Shown: piece after piece, positions 1 to 8,294 of the stretch
Layout of the letters: each line of letters starts with the position of its first letter
Numbering within the stretch: position 1 is the stretch's first letter
From: Ilumatobacteraceae bacterium
Lineage (GTDB): Bacteria; Actinomycetota; Acidimicrobiia; Acidimicrobiales; Ilumatobacteraceae
Direction of reading: 5' to 3'
Length of the DNA stretch: 64,000 nucleotides
Assembly: GCA_046086305.1 (NCBI GenBank)
Contig: JBJSXI010000044.1
Span: 9,916-73,915 of the forward strand
The notes under the pieces: model-generated
Seen by the model: the letters and a program-made list of their open reading frames with translations, nothing else
The model's database searches: none
What the model was told of the DNA's origin: nothing
Program-made: the position numbers and the translations under genes

Positions 1-1261
1 CGACCTGGCATTCGTGTGCACGCCTGCAGCGGCCAATGAGCAGCTGCTGCGCGCGTGCGCCGCAAGGGGTGTGCGTGCCGCGTTCGTCACCTCCGCGGGC
101 TACGGCGAGGCCGGCGACGAAGGACGGCAGGCCGAGGCGCGTCTCGTCGAGCTCGCCGAACAGCTCGACGTGCTCCTTGCCGGACCGAACGGTCAGGGTG
201 TCGTCAGTACGCCGGTGTCGCTGTGCGCGCAGATCGTCGCGCCTGCGCCGCCACCGGGGTCCATCGCCGTGGCCAGTCAGAGCGGCAACTTCGTCAGCAG
301 TTTCCTCAACTACGCACGCCAGACAGGCGTTGGCATCTCGCGTGCCGTGTCCGCCGGGAACGCCGCAGCAGTCGGCCCGGCCGACTACCTCCGTTGGTAC
401 GCGTCCGACGAGGCGACGCGGGTTGCGCTCGCATATGTCGAGAGCGTGGTCGACGGTGCGTCTCTGGCGAGCGCCTTCGGTGCCATCACGCAACACAAAC
501 CGCTCGTGGTGGTGAAAGGAGGAGCAACTGCGTCGGGGGCGCGCGCAGCAGCCAGCCACACCGGCGCGCTCGCTGCGGACGATCGGATCTTCGACGGTGT
601 GTGTCGCCAGCACGGCGTCACTCGCGCTGCCAGTGTCGAAGAGGCCTTCGAGGCTGCGGCGACGTTCGCCACCCAGCCCCTGCCGAAGGGGCCTCGCACC
701 GTCGTGCTCACCACGGCCGGCGGCTGGGGGGTCGTGACGAGTGACGCCGTGCACCGCGACGGGACTCTCCAACTCATGACGCTCCCGGAGGACCTGCGCA
801 CCGCGATCGACGGGCTCCTGCCGCCGCGCTGGAGCCGCTCGAACCCGGTCGACTGCACCGGGGGAGAGACGAGAGACACCATCCCCGACCTGCTCGAGCT
901 GATCGCCGCGCACCCCGACGTGGATGCGATCGTCTATCTCGGCCTCGGGATCCAGAGCAATCAGGCGCGTCTCATGCGCGAGGGACGCTTCTTTCCCGAT
1001 CACGGGCTCGAGCGGATCGTCGCCTACCACGAACGCCAAGATGAACGCTTCGCCGCTGCTGCCGATGAGGTCTCGCGTCGGCACGACATCCCGGTGCTCA
1101 CCGCAACCGAATTGGCCGTCGCCGATCCCGACAATCCGGGACCACGCGCCGTCCGGGCGACCGGGCGGCTGTGCTATCCGAGCGGCGAACGCGCGGTGGT
1201 CGCCCTCGGACATCTCGTGCGCTACGCCGCCTTCCGTCGACGCCTCGAGCAGGGGACCTGA
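1..1261 (+). CDS. NDP-forming acyl-CoA synthetase / CoA-binding (succinyl-CoA-synthetase-like) family protein, 5' end outside window
   Basis: The frame of track ORF 14..1261 stays open to base 2 (DLAF precedes the GTG). Motifs LAGPNGQG, ASQSGN and SHTGALA resemble CoA-ligase domains of ADP-forming acetyl-CoA synthetases. Confidence 0.65.
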   Translation, partial: DLAFVCTPAAANEQLLRACAARGVRAAFVTSAGYGEAGDEGRQAEARLVELAEQLDVLLAGPNGQGVVSTPVSLCAQIVAPAPPPGSIAVASQSGNFVSSFLNYARQTGVGISRAVSAGNAAAVGPADYLRWYASDEATRVALAYVESVVDGASLASAFGAITQHKPLVVVKGGATASGARAAASHTGALAADDRIFDGVCRQHGVTRAASVEEAFEAAATFATQPLPKGPRTVVLTTAGGWGVVTSDAVHRDGTLQLMTLPEDLRTAIDGLLPPRWSRSNPVDCTGGETRDTIPDLLELIAAHPDVDAIVYLGLGIQSNQARLMREGRFFPDHGLERIVAYHERQDERFAAAADEVSRRHDIPVLTATELAVADPDNPGPRAVRATGRLCYPSGERAVVALGHLVRYAAFRRRLEQGT

Positions 1262-2725
1262 GTGGCCACGCGACGTTCGCCCTATCCCGCGTTGCTCGCC
1301 GTGGCGCTCGTCCCCGCCCTCGCCCTCGGGGGGTGCTGGCAGTTCGCTGCGTCGCGGGTGGGTGACGATCAGGGCGCCGCCATACCGACGACCTCCGTCG
1401 ACGCCTCCCAACCGCTGCCGGCTGTCACCCCGCTCGGTACACCGCTGCTGTCGGTTCGTCGGACCCCCGGCGTCCTCGCCCGGTCGGTGAACCTCGGGGC
1501 ATTCAGCGCTGGTGCGGCACAATTCGCCGCCACGCTCGGCGACACGTCGTGTGTCGCCATCAGCGTCGACGGACGCAGCGTGATCTCCTCGGGGGCGGAT
1601 CGGGTCCTCCGTCCGGCCAGCAACGTGAAGTTGCTGGTGGCAGCGGTCGCACTCGAGGTGCTCGGCCCCGACTACACCTACACCACGTCGGTGCGCGGCG
1701 CACTCAGCGGCGCGACCGTCGTCGGCGATCTCCACCTCGTGGGGGGAGGTGATCCCGTGCTGAACAATGCGTGGTGGAACGGACCGAACACCAGGTACCC
1801 GCCGTTCAACTCGACGAGCATCGAAGGATTCGCCGATGCGATCGTTGCCGCCGGGGTCGGCGAGATCACCGGCTCGATCGTCGGTGACGATTCCCGCTAC
1901 GACGACGAGTGGTATCCACCGACATGGTCCTCTGCGGTCCGCTTCGGCGAGGGGGGACCGGTCTCGGCGCTCCTCGCCAATGATTCACGTGAATCGCGTG
2001 ATCGCGCCTCGAACGATCCAGCGATTGGAGCGGCCGCTGTACTCACGGCCGAGCTGCGCGCCCGCGGCGTCGTCGTCGCTGGAGAGGCTCGCCGCGGAGC
2101 CGCGCCCGATGGTGTGCCGGTGATCGCGTCGGTGTCGTCGCTGCCGATGTCGGCCCTGCTCGCAGAGATGCTCACCACGAGCGACAACACCGCTGCCGAG
2201 ATGATCGTGAAGGAACTCGGGGTCGCTCGTGCGGGCGTCGGATCACGTGAAGCGGGGCTCGAGGTCGTCAGATCCACCATTGCGTCGTGGGGTGTTCCCG
2301 TCGAAGGCCTCGTCCTCGTCGACGGCTCAGGTCTCAGCGACGACAACCGCACCACCTGCGCCACGATGCTCGGGGTCATTCAGCACCTCGCACCCGACGA
2401 TCCGGTCGCGACAGGACTCGCCGTGGCCGGTGCGCCCGGGGGAACGCTCGCCGAGGCGTTCGCCGACACGCCGATGATCGGTCTCCTGCGGGCCAAGACC
2501 GGCACCCTGTTCAACGCAGACGACGGTCCCGGCGGACGTCCGGCCGTGAAGGCCCTCAGCGGATTCGTCCCTCTCGAGGGGGGAGGCGCGATCGAGTTCT
2601 CCTTGTTGCTGAACGGGCCGACGATCGCCGAGCGGGCCGAGTACGGGCCGATCTGGTCCGCACTCGCTGCGCTGTTCGGCACGTATCTCGCCGGTCCGTC
2701 GGCCGCCGACCTGGGCCCCCGATGA
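1262..2725 (+). CDS. dacB: D-Ala-D-Ala carboxypeptidase/endopeptidase, peptidase S13 (PBP4 type), probable lipoprotein
   Basis: GTG lies directly after the upstream stop. Signal peptide with lipobox LALGGC. S13 motifs PASNVKL (SxxK), TSDNTAAE (SxN) and KTGTL. Confidence 0.8.
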   Translation: MATRRSPYPALLAVALVPALALGGCWQFAASRVGDDQGAAIPTTSVDASQPLPAVTPLGTPLLSVRRTPGVLARSVNLGAFSAGAAQFAATLGDTSCVAISVDGRSVISSGADRVLRPASNVKLLVAAVALEVLGPDYTYTTSVRGALSGATVVGDLHLVGGGDPVLNNAWWNGPNTRYPPFNSTSIEGFADAIVAAGVGEITGSIVGDDSRYDDEWYPPTWSSAVRFGEGGPVSALLANDSRESRDRASNDPAIGAAAVLTAELRARGVVVAGEARRGAAPDGVPVIASVSSLPMSALLAEMLTTSDNTAAEMIVKELGVARAGVGSREAGLEVVRSTIASWGVPVEGLVLVDGSGLSDDNRTTCATMLGVIQHLAPDDPVATGLAVAGAPGGTLAEAFADTPMIGLLRAKTGTLFNADDGPGGRPAVKALSGFVPLEGGGAIEFSLLLNGPTIAERAEYGPIWSALAALFGTYLAGPSAADLGPR

Positions 2726-3345
2726 GCGCGCTCGCCATGTTCCCCCTCGGGTCGGTCCTGCTCCCGGGAGAGGTGCTGCCGCTGCACGTGTTCGAGCCGC
2801 GATATCGACAGATGGTGCGCGACTGCCTCGCCGCCGATGTGCCCGAGTTCGGTGTGGTGCTGATCTCCCGCGGCAGCGAGGTCGGCGGCACCGATCAGCG
2901 CACCGGGGTGGGCACCGTGGCGCGGTTGGTCGAGGTGGGCGAACTCCCCGACGGCCGGTTCGTGATGGTTGCGGTCGGCACGCGTCGTGTGCGGGTGCGC
3001 ACGTGGCTGCCCGACGATCCGTATCCGCTCGCCGACGTCGACGACTGGCCCGAGGACGACGACGATGCCGACACGCTCGAGGTCCTCCTCACCCGCCTCG
3101 GACCGCGGGTACGTCGGGCGGCAGCCCTGGCCACGGAGCTCGGCGACCAGTCCCGCCAGACCACCGACGAGCTGCCCGACGATCCACTGCTGGCCAGCCA
3201 TGCACTCGTCTCTCTGGCCCCGATCGGTGCGCTCGATCGCCACGAACTCCTCTGCGCCTCCGGGCCGGTCGCCCGCCTCGAGCGCCTCGAGGCCCTGCTC
3301 GACGATGTCGAGGCCGTGCTCGACTTCCGATTGCGCGAGGGCTGA
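2722..3345 (+). CDS. Lon N-terminal (LON substrate-binding) domain protein
   Basis: ATGA overlap with the dacB stop. MFPLGSVLLPGEVLPLHVFEPRYRQM is the classic start of stand-alone Lon-N domain proteins. About 207 aa, with no AAA+ or protease part. Confidence 0.75.
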   Translation: MSALAMFPLGSVLLPGEVLPLHVFEPRYRQMVRDCLAADVPEFGVVLISRGSEVGGTDQRTGVGTVARLVEVGELPDGRFVMVAVGTRRVRVRTWLPDDPYPLADVDDWPEDDDDADTLEVLLTRLGPRVRRAAALATELGDQSRQTTDELPDDPLLASHALVSLAPIGALDRHELLCASGPVARLERLEALLDDVEAVLDFRLREG

Positions 3346-3371
3346 ACCGACCGAAGTGCTACATATGTGAT

Positions 3372-3719
3372 GTGGCGTCCGAGCAGCGCACCCCTCCGCA
3401 GGTGACCATCACCGAGACGGTCGACATGGTGCGCACCTACGTGCGCCAGGAGACGCTCGGCCCCCTGCGCGGCGCCGGCCGGTGGATCGCCTTCGGCCTG
3501 CTCGGCTCCGTGCTGGTCGGCCTCGGGACGGCATTCATCGCCCTCGGCACCCTGCGCATGGTGCAGACCGAATGGGCCGACGTGTTCGCCGGACGGTGGA
3601 TGTCGCTCCTGCCGTACCTCATCTCGTTCGTCGTGTGTCTCATCGTCGCCGGTATCGCCCTCAGCCGGGTGAACACCTCGCCGCTCAACAAGTCCGCCAA
3701 GGAGGATCGATCCACATGA
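3372..3719 (+). CDS. small 2-TM membrane protein, actinobacterial holin-X / phage-holin-3-like family
   Basis: Two hydrophobic helices (WIAFGLLGSVLVGLGTAFIALG and LLPYLISFVVCLIVAGIAL). Start is ambiguous (GTG 3372 or ATG 3426). Confidence 0.5.
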   Translation: MASEQRTPPQVTITETVDMVRTYVRQETLGPLRGAGRWIAFGLLGSVLVGLGTAFIALGTLRMVQTEWADVFAGRWMSLLPYLISFVVCLIVAGIALSRVNTSPLNKSAKEDRST

Positions 3720-3922
3720 CCGAGACGAGGATCTCGAGGGAGGATCTCGAGGCGAAGTTCCGCCAGGTGCAGTCCGATCTGCAGGGCGCGCTCGACGATC
3801 GAAAGCAGGGACTCGTGCTCGTCGCCGGTGTCGGCGGACTGCTCGCCCTCGTCGTCGTCTACCTGCTCGGGCGCCGCGCGGGCCGTCGACGCGCCGGTGT
3901 CGTCGAGATCCGCCGGGTCTGA
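3716..3922 (+). CDS. small single-pass membrane protein (68 aa)
   Basis: ATGA overlap with the previous stop. Charged helical N-terminus followed by a TM segment LVLVAGVGGLLALVVVYLLG. Confidence 0.5.
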   Translation: MTETRISREDLEAKFRQVQSDLQGALDDRKQGLVLVAGVGGLLALVVVYLLGRRAGRRRAGVVEIRRV

Positions 3923-4165
3923 GTGGCCGGCCGCCCGTCGTCCGGCGAGTCACCGATCTCGCGTCTGTCGTCGCTGGCCGTGCGACGCGGCGTGTGGGGT
4001 GGGAGCTCGGGCTGGTTGTTCGTCGGTGCCCTGATCTGGATCCCGCGACTGTTCCGGCGCCTCGGGCGATCGGGCGGACGTGGTGTCGTCGTCACTCGAC
4101 TCCGAGACGGCGAATCGATCGTCGTGTCGGCCGCCCCGGCCACTCGTCGTCGGAGTCTTCGGTGA
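3923..4165 (+). CDS. hypothetical small membrane protein (80 aa)
   Basis: GTG lies immediately after the previous stop. One hydrophobic stretch, WLFVGALIWIP. No family recognised, so it may not be coding. Confidence 0.35.
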   Translation: MAGRPSSGESPISRLSSLAVRRGVWGGSSGWLFVGALIWIPRLFRRLGRSGGRGVVVTRLRDGESIVVSAAPATRRRSLR

Positions 4166-4187
4166 TCCGAACCGGCACACTGGCGGG

Positions 4188-4385
4188 GTGAAGGTCCTCC
4201 TGCGCAACCCTCGACGGGAGATCGAGGTCCACGGCGCACGGACCGTCAACGCCCTGCTCGCCGAATTGTCCCTCGTGCGCGAGTCGCACCTCGTCATCCG
4301 CAACGGCGAACTGGTACCCGGAGATGCCGCCCTCGCCGCCGACGACACGGTCGAGGTGCGCCCGGTGATCTCGGGGGGTGGCTGA
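4188..4385 (+). CDS. ThiS/MoaD-family ubiquitin-fold sulfur carrier (TtuB-like), C-terminal Gly-Gly
   Basis: 65 aa from GTG 4188, ending ...VEVRPVISGGG. ThiS-like pattern (RNGELVPGDAALAADDTVEV). The next gene starts 1 nt after its stop. Confidence 0.7.
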   Translation: MKVLLRNPRREIEVHGARTVNALLAELSLVRESHLVIRNGELVPGDAALAADDTVEVRPVISGGG

Positions 4386-5366
4386 GTGGTTGCCGTCGGA
4401 TCGAAGTGCCGCACCTGCCGTGGCCCGGCCGTCATCGACCTGCCCCGGCACAACGCCAACTTCTGTGCCGAGCACTTCCTCGAGTTGTGCCGGCGTCAGG
4501 TGACCAAGGCCATCGACCAGTTCGACATGCTGGATCCCGACGATCGCATCCTCGTCGCCGTGTCGGGCGGTAAGGACAGCTTGGCGGTGTGGGATCTGCT
4601 CGTCGAACTCGGCTACTCGTGCGACGGGCTGTACGTGGGTCTCGGCATCGGCGACTACAGCGATGTGTCGGCGCAGTACGCAAGGGCGTTCGCCGCCGAG
4701 CGCGGTCTGCACCTGATCGAGGTCGACGTTCGTGCCGCGCACGGGTTCGACATCCCGACCGCGGCGCGGGCCACCCGACGCGTACCGTGCAGCGCCTGCG
4801 GGACGAGCAAACGTCATCTCTTCGATGCCGCGGCCACCGACGGGGGCTACACCGTGCTGGTGACGGGCCACAATCTCGACGACGAGGCCGCCGTGCTGTT
4901 CGGCAATGCCCTGCGCTGGGATGTCGAGTACCTCGCCCGACAGGCCCCCGTGCTGCCCGCCCGTCCGGGCTTCCCCAAGAAGGTCAAGCCACTCGTGCGG
5001 CTCACCGAACGGGAGACCGCCGCCTGGTGTGTCGTACGGGGGATCGACTACCTCGTCGACGAGTGCCCACTCGCAGCGGGCAACAAACACCTCGGGTACA
5101 AGGCCGCACTGAACGCCATCGAGGCCGAGTCGCCCGGCACGAAGGCATCGTTCTACCTGTCGTTCCTCGAGCGGATGTCGCCGCTGCTGCGTCGCGACGA
5201 GGAACAGGTGTCGGAGCTCTCGGCATGTCAGGAATGTGGCGCACCGACACCGGGCGCCATCTGTGCGTTCTGTCGGATCGCCGCCACCGCACGGATCCAC
5301 GAGCCCGTGCCCGTCGAGGTGCTCCTCGGTCGACGGCATCGCACGCGCGCCGGGAGTGCGTCGTGA
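4386..5366 (+). CDS. ttuA: PP-loop tRNA 2-thiolase, TtuA/NcsA-like (tRNA s2T54-type sulfurtransferase)
   Basis: N-terminal Zn finger CRTC...CAEH, PP-loop VSGGKDS, cluster cysteines CSAC plus DECP, and C-terminal Zn finger CQEC...CAFC. This matches the TtuA domain architecture. Confidence 0.7.
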   Translation: MVAVGSKCRTCRGPAVIDLPRHNANFCAEHFLELCRRQVTKAIDQFDMLDPDDRILVAVSGGKDSLAVWDLLVELGYSCDGLYVGLGIGDYSDVSAQYARAFAAERGLHLIEVDVRAAHGFDIPTAARATRRVPCSACGTSKRHLFDAAATDGGYTVLVTGHNLDDEAAVLFGNALRWDVEYLARQAPVLPARPGFPKKVKPLVRLTERETAAWCVVRGIDYLVDECPLAAGNKHLGYKAALNAIEAESPGTKASFYLSFLERMSPLLRRDEEQVSELSACQECGAPTPGAICAFCRIAATARIHEPVPVEVLLGRRHRTRAGSAS

Positions 5367-6133
5367 GCGTCGAGTTCCGTCTCGGCGAGCGGGTCCTGCT
5401 GCTCGACAGCAAGCAGCGGCGGTACCTGATCACCCTCGCCGAAGGAGGCGAGTTCCACAGTCATGCCGGCTATGTGCCACATGCCGAACTGATCGGGCAC
5501 CCCGAGGGGAGCATCGTGCGCAGCACACGCGGCGCGGTGTACACGGCGCTGCGGCCGACCCTCGAGGACTTCGTCCTCGAGATGCCCCGTGGGGCACAGG
5601 TGATCTACCCGAAGGATCTCGCGCCGATCTGCATGCTCGCTGACATCGGCCCGGGGGTGCGCGTCCTCGAGAGTGGCGTGGGGTCCGGCGCACTCAGCAT
5701 GACGATGCTGCGGTGGGGCGCCGATGTCGTCGGCTACGAGATCCGCGACGACTTCCTGCACCGGGCGCGCGCCAATGTGCGCTCGTTCCTCGGCGAAGAC
5801 GTGCTGTCGCGTTACGACCTGCACCTGCGCGACTGCTACCTCGGCATCGACCACGGCCCCTTCGACCGGATCGTGCTCGACCTTCCCGAACCATGGCAGG
5901 TCGTGCCCCACGCGCCGGGCGCACTGCGGCCCGGGGGCATCCTCGTCGCCTACACCCCGTCGATCGTCCAGGCCGCTCGGGTGCGCGAGGCCATGGGTTC
6001 GAAGGCGTGGAGCGGGGCGCGGACCCTCGAGGTGCTGCACCGCGGCTGGTACGTCGAGGGACAGGCGGTCCGACCCGACCACCGCATGGTCGCCCACACG
6101 GGCTTCTTGACCACCGCACGCTTCCTCGGCTGA
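5363..6133 (+). CDS. trmI: tRNA (adenine58-N1)-methyltransferase
   Basis: GTGA overlap with the ttuA stop. N-terminal small domain (GERVLLLDSKQRRYLITL) plus SAM motif VLESGVGSGALS. Sits next to arc as in other actinobacteria (Rv2118c-like). Confidence 0.8.
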   Translation: MSVEFRLGERVLLLDSKQRRYLITLAEGGEFHSHAGYVPHAELIGHPEGSIVRSTRGAVYTALRPTLEDFVLEMPRGAQVIYPKDLAPICMLADIGPGVRVLESGVGSGALSMTMLRWGADVVGYEIRDDFLHRARANVRSFLGEDVLSRYDLHLRDCYLGIDHGPFDRIVLDLPEPWQVVPHAPGALRPGGILVAYTPSIVQAARVREAMGSKAWSGARTLEVLHRGWYVEGQAVRPDHRMVAHTGFLTTARFLG

Positions 6134-6158
6134 CACACCTCGGCTGACACACCTCGGC
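6124..6158. repeat. 2.5 tandem copies of the 14-mer CCTCGGCTGACACA spanning the trmI stop codon
   Basis: Read directly: 6124-6137 and 6138-6151 are identical, and 6152-6158 repeats the first 7 nt. The trmI TGA (6131-6133) lies in copy 1. Confidence 0.9.
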
Positions 6159-6178
6159 CAGTCAGTGGCCGAACGCGC

Positions 6179-6204
6179 CGGAGGCGGCCCGAGGGCCGCC
6201 TCCG
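6179..6204. terminator. perfect 11-bp stem / 4-nt loop hairpin between convergent trmI and ferredoxin genes
   Basis: CGGAGGCGGCC-CGAG-GGCCGCCTCCG. Positioned 46 nt after the trmI stop and 26 nt after the ferredoxin stop on the other strand. No clear U tract. Confidence 0.6.
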
Positions 6205-6229
6205 CAGATCTGATGCCGATGAACGGGGA

Positions 6230-6475
6230 TCAGGGCTCGATGAAGATGCACTCGCCGGGGCATTCCTCGGCGCTCTCGATGACCGCCTCGAGGCGGTTGT
6301 CGGGGATGTTGGCAAGGCCGTCGGCCCCCTGTGCATTGCCCTTGGCGGTGGCGAACACCTTGTCGCCCTCCTTCACATAGGCAAGCCCATCGTCGAGCAA
6401 CGTGAACACATCGGGGGCAATCTCCTCGCACAGCCCGTCACCCGTGCACAGGTCCTGATCGATCCAGACCTTCAT
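6230..6475 (-). CDS. small single-cluster ferredoxin (3Fe-4S/4Fe-4S type)
   Basis: 81 aa with [24 protein letters not shown] ... CPGECI, typical of actinobacterial Fdx proteins. Confidence 0.8.
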   Translation of the reverse strand: MKVWIDQDLCTGDGLCEEIAPDVFTLLDDGLAYVKEGDKVFATAKGNAQGADGLANIPDNRLEAVIESAEECPGECIFIEP

Positions 6476-6592
6476 CGTCCTCGTGTCTCCTCACATGAAT
6501 CGCCGCTGGTTCGACGAGCATACCGCGGGGTGCCGCCGCGGCACCGTCTCGTGCGGCCCACTTCCCGGGACGGCGGTGTTAGGTTCCCGGGC

Positions 6593-8284
6593 ATGGCCGG
6601 TGCGACGGGCGACGAGCACATCCGCCTCGACGCGCTCGAGGCCGAGATCGCCGAGCTCCGTCGTCAACTGGCCGACTCACCCCGGCGCCAGCGCCTGCTC
6701 GAGGAGCGTCTCTTGGAGACCAAGGGGCAATTGGCCCACGCCGTCTCGCAGAACGAACGGCTCAGCTACACCCTGCGCGAGGCCCGAGAGCACATCGCAA
6801 CCCTGCGTGAAGAGGTCGACAAGCTCACCCGGCCCCCATCGGCGTACGGGGTCGTGATGGGTCGCAACGACGATGGGTCGGTCGATGTGTTGACGAGCGG
6901 CCGCAAGATGCGCGTCGCGGTGCACCCCGACATCGAAGTCGACGAGTTGCCCCGTGGCGCCGAGGTCGTGCTCAACGAGAGTTTCAACGTCGTGTCGGCA
7001 CGACGCGCCGAGTCGACGGGGGAGATCGTCACCATCCGCGACGTGCTCGACGATGGCATCCGCGCCGTCGTCCTCGGGCGCGCCGACGAGGAGCGGGTGT
7101 GCGAGCTCGCCGATTCGTTGCGCGGCGTCCACCTGCGCAGCGGCGACACCGTTCGACTCGACCCCCGTTCGAACCTGCTGCTCGAGAAGTTGCCGCGGCC
7201 CGAGGTCGAGGATCTCCTGCTCGAGGAGGTGCCCGACATCAGCTACGCCGACATCGGCGGACTCGACGAGCAGATCGAGTTGATCGCTGACGCGGTCGAG
7301 TTGCCGTACCTCTACGGCGACCTCTTCGCCGAGCATCGGCTCCCGGCGCCGAAGGGGATCCTCCTCTATGGCCCGCCCGGCTGCGGAAAGACGCTCATCG
7401 CCAAGGCGGTTGCCAACAGCCTCGCCCGCAAGGTCGCCGAGGCGACCGGCGGCGACAAGGGTCGCAGCTACTTCATCAACATCAAGGGACCCGAACTGCT
7501 CAACAAGTACGTCGGCGAGACCGAGCGGCAGATCCGACTCGTGTTCCAGCGCGCACGCGAGAAGAGCGAAGAGGGTTGGCCCGTGATCGTGTTCTTCGAC
7601 GAGATGGACTCGATGTTCCGCACCCGTGGCACCGGTATCTCGAGCGACATGGAGAGCACGATCGTGCCGCAGTTGCTCGCCGAGATCGACGGGGTGGAGG
7701 GTCTACGCAACGTCATCGTCATCGGTGCGACCAATCGGGAAGACCTCATCGACCCGGCGATCCTCCGCCCCGGTCGTCTCGACGTGAAGATCAAGATCGA
7801 GCGCCCCGACGCCGGTGCAGCCCGTCAGATCTTCTCCCGGTACCTCACCGACGACGTCCCGATCGCCGACGGAGAGGACGTCGCATCGATGATCGCCTCG
7901 ACCGTCGACGAGATGTACCGCGTCGACGAGGCCAACGAGTTCCTCGAGGTGACCTATCAGAACGGTGACAAGGAGACCCTGCACTTCAAGGACTTCGCCT
8001 CGGGCGCGATGATCGAGAACATCGTGCGGCGGGCCAAGAAGTTGGCGATCAAGCGAGTGATCGCCGGCGGGGCCCGGGGTGTCGGACGCGCCGATCTGGT
8101 CGACGCGATCCGCCAGGAGTTCAAGGAGCACGAGGACCTCCCGAACACCACGAACCCTGACGACTGGGCCCGGATCAGCGGCAAGAAGGGTGAGCGGATC
8201 GTCTTCATCCGCACGCTTGTCGCCGGACGCGAGAACGAGGGCGGCCGGGCGATCGAGCGCGTCGCAACCGGCCAGTACCTCTGA
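6593..8284 (+). CDS. arc: proteasome-associated AAA+ ATPase ARC/Mpa
   Basis: N-terminal coiled coil, Walker A GPPGCGKT and Walker [10 protein letters not shown]. The C-terminus ...ATGQYL is the 20S docking motif. Confidence 0.93.
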   Translation: MAGATGDEHIRLDALEAEIAELRRQLADSPRRQRLLEERLLETKGQLAHAVSQNERLSYTLREAREHIATLREEVDKLTRPPSAYGVVMGRNDDGSVDVLTSGRKMRVAVHPDIEVDELPRGAEVVLNESFNVVSARRAESTGEIVTIRDVLDDGIRAVVLGRADEERVCELADSLRGVHLRSGDTVRLDPRSNLLLEKLPRPEVEDLLLEEVPDISYADIGGLDEQIELIADAVELPYLYGDLFAEHRLPAPKGILLYGPPGCGKTLIAKAVANSLARKVAEATGGDKGRSYFINIKGPELLNKYVGETERQIRLVFQRAREKSEEGWPVIVFFDEMDSMFRTRGTGISSDMESTIVPQLLAEIDGVEGLRNVIVIGATNREDLIDPAILRPGRLDVKIKIERPDAGAARQIFSRYLTDDVPIADGEDVASMIASTVDEMYRVDEANEFLEVTYQNGDKETLHFKDFASGAMIENIVRRAKKLAIKRVIAGGARGVGRADLVDAIRQEFKEHEDLPNTTNPDDWARISGKKGERIVFIRTLVAGRENEGGRAIERVATGQYL

Positions 8285-8294
8285 CGGCGTCATC

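Noticed and set aside
3372-3719. A holin-like protein as a hint of a prophage or lysis cassette
   Set aside because: No endolysin, capsid, terminase, integrase or att-like repeats are nearby. The family is widespread as a chromosomal small membrane protein in actinobacteria.
4092-5339. 415-aa minus-strand ORF opposite the ThiS-like and ttuA genes
   Set aside because: The plus strand encodes a complete PP-loop/Zn-finger architecture. The antisense product has no recognisable features.
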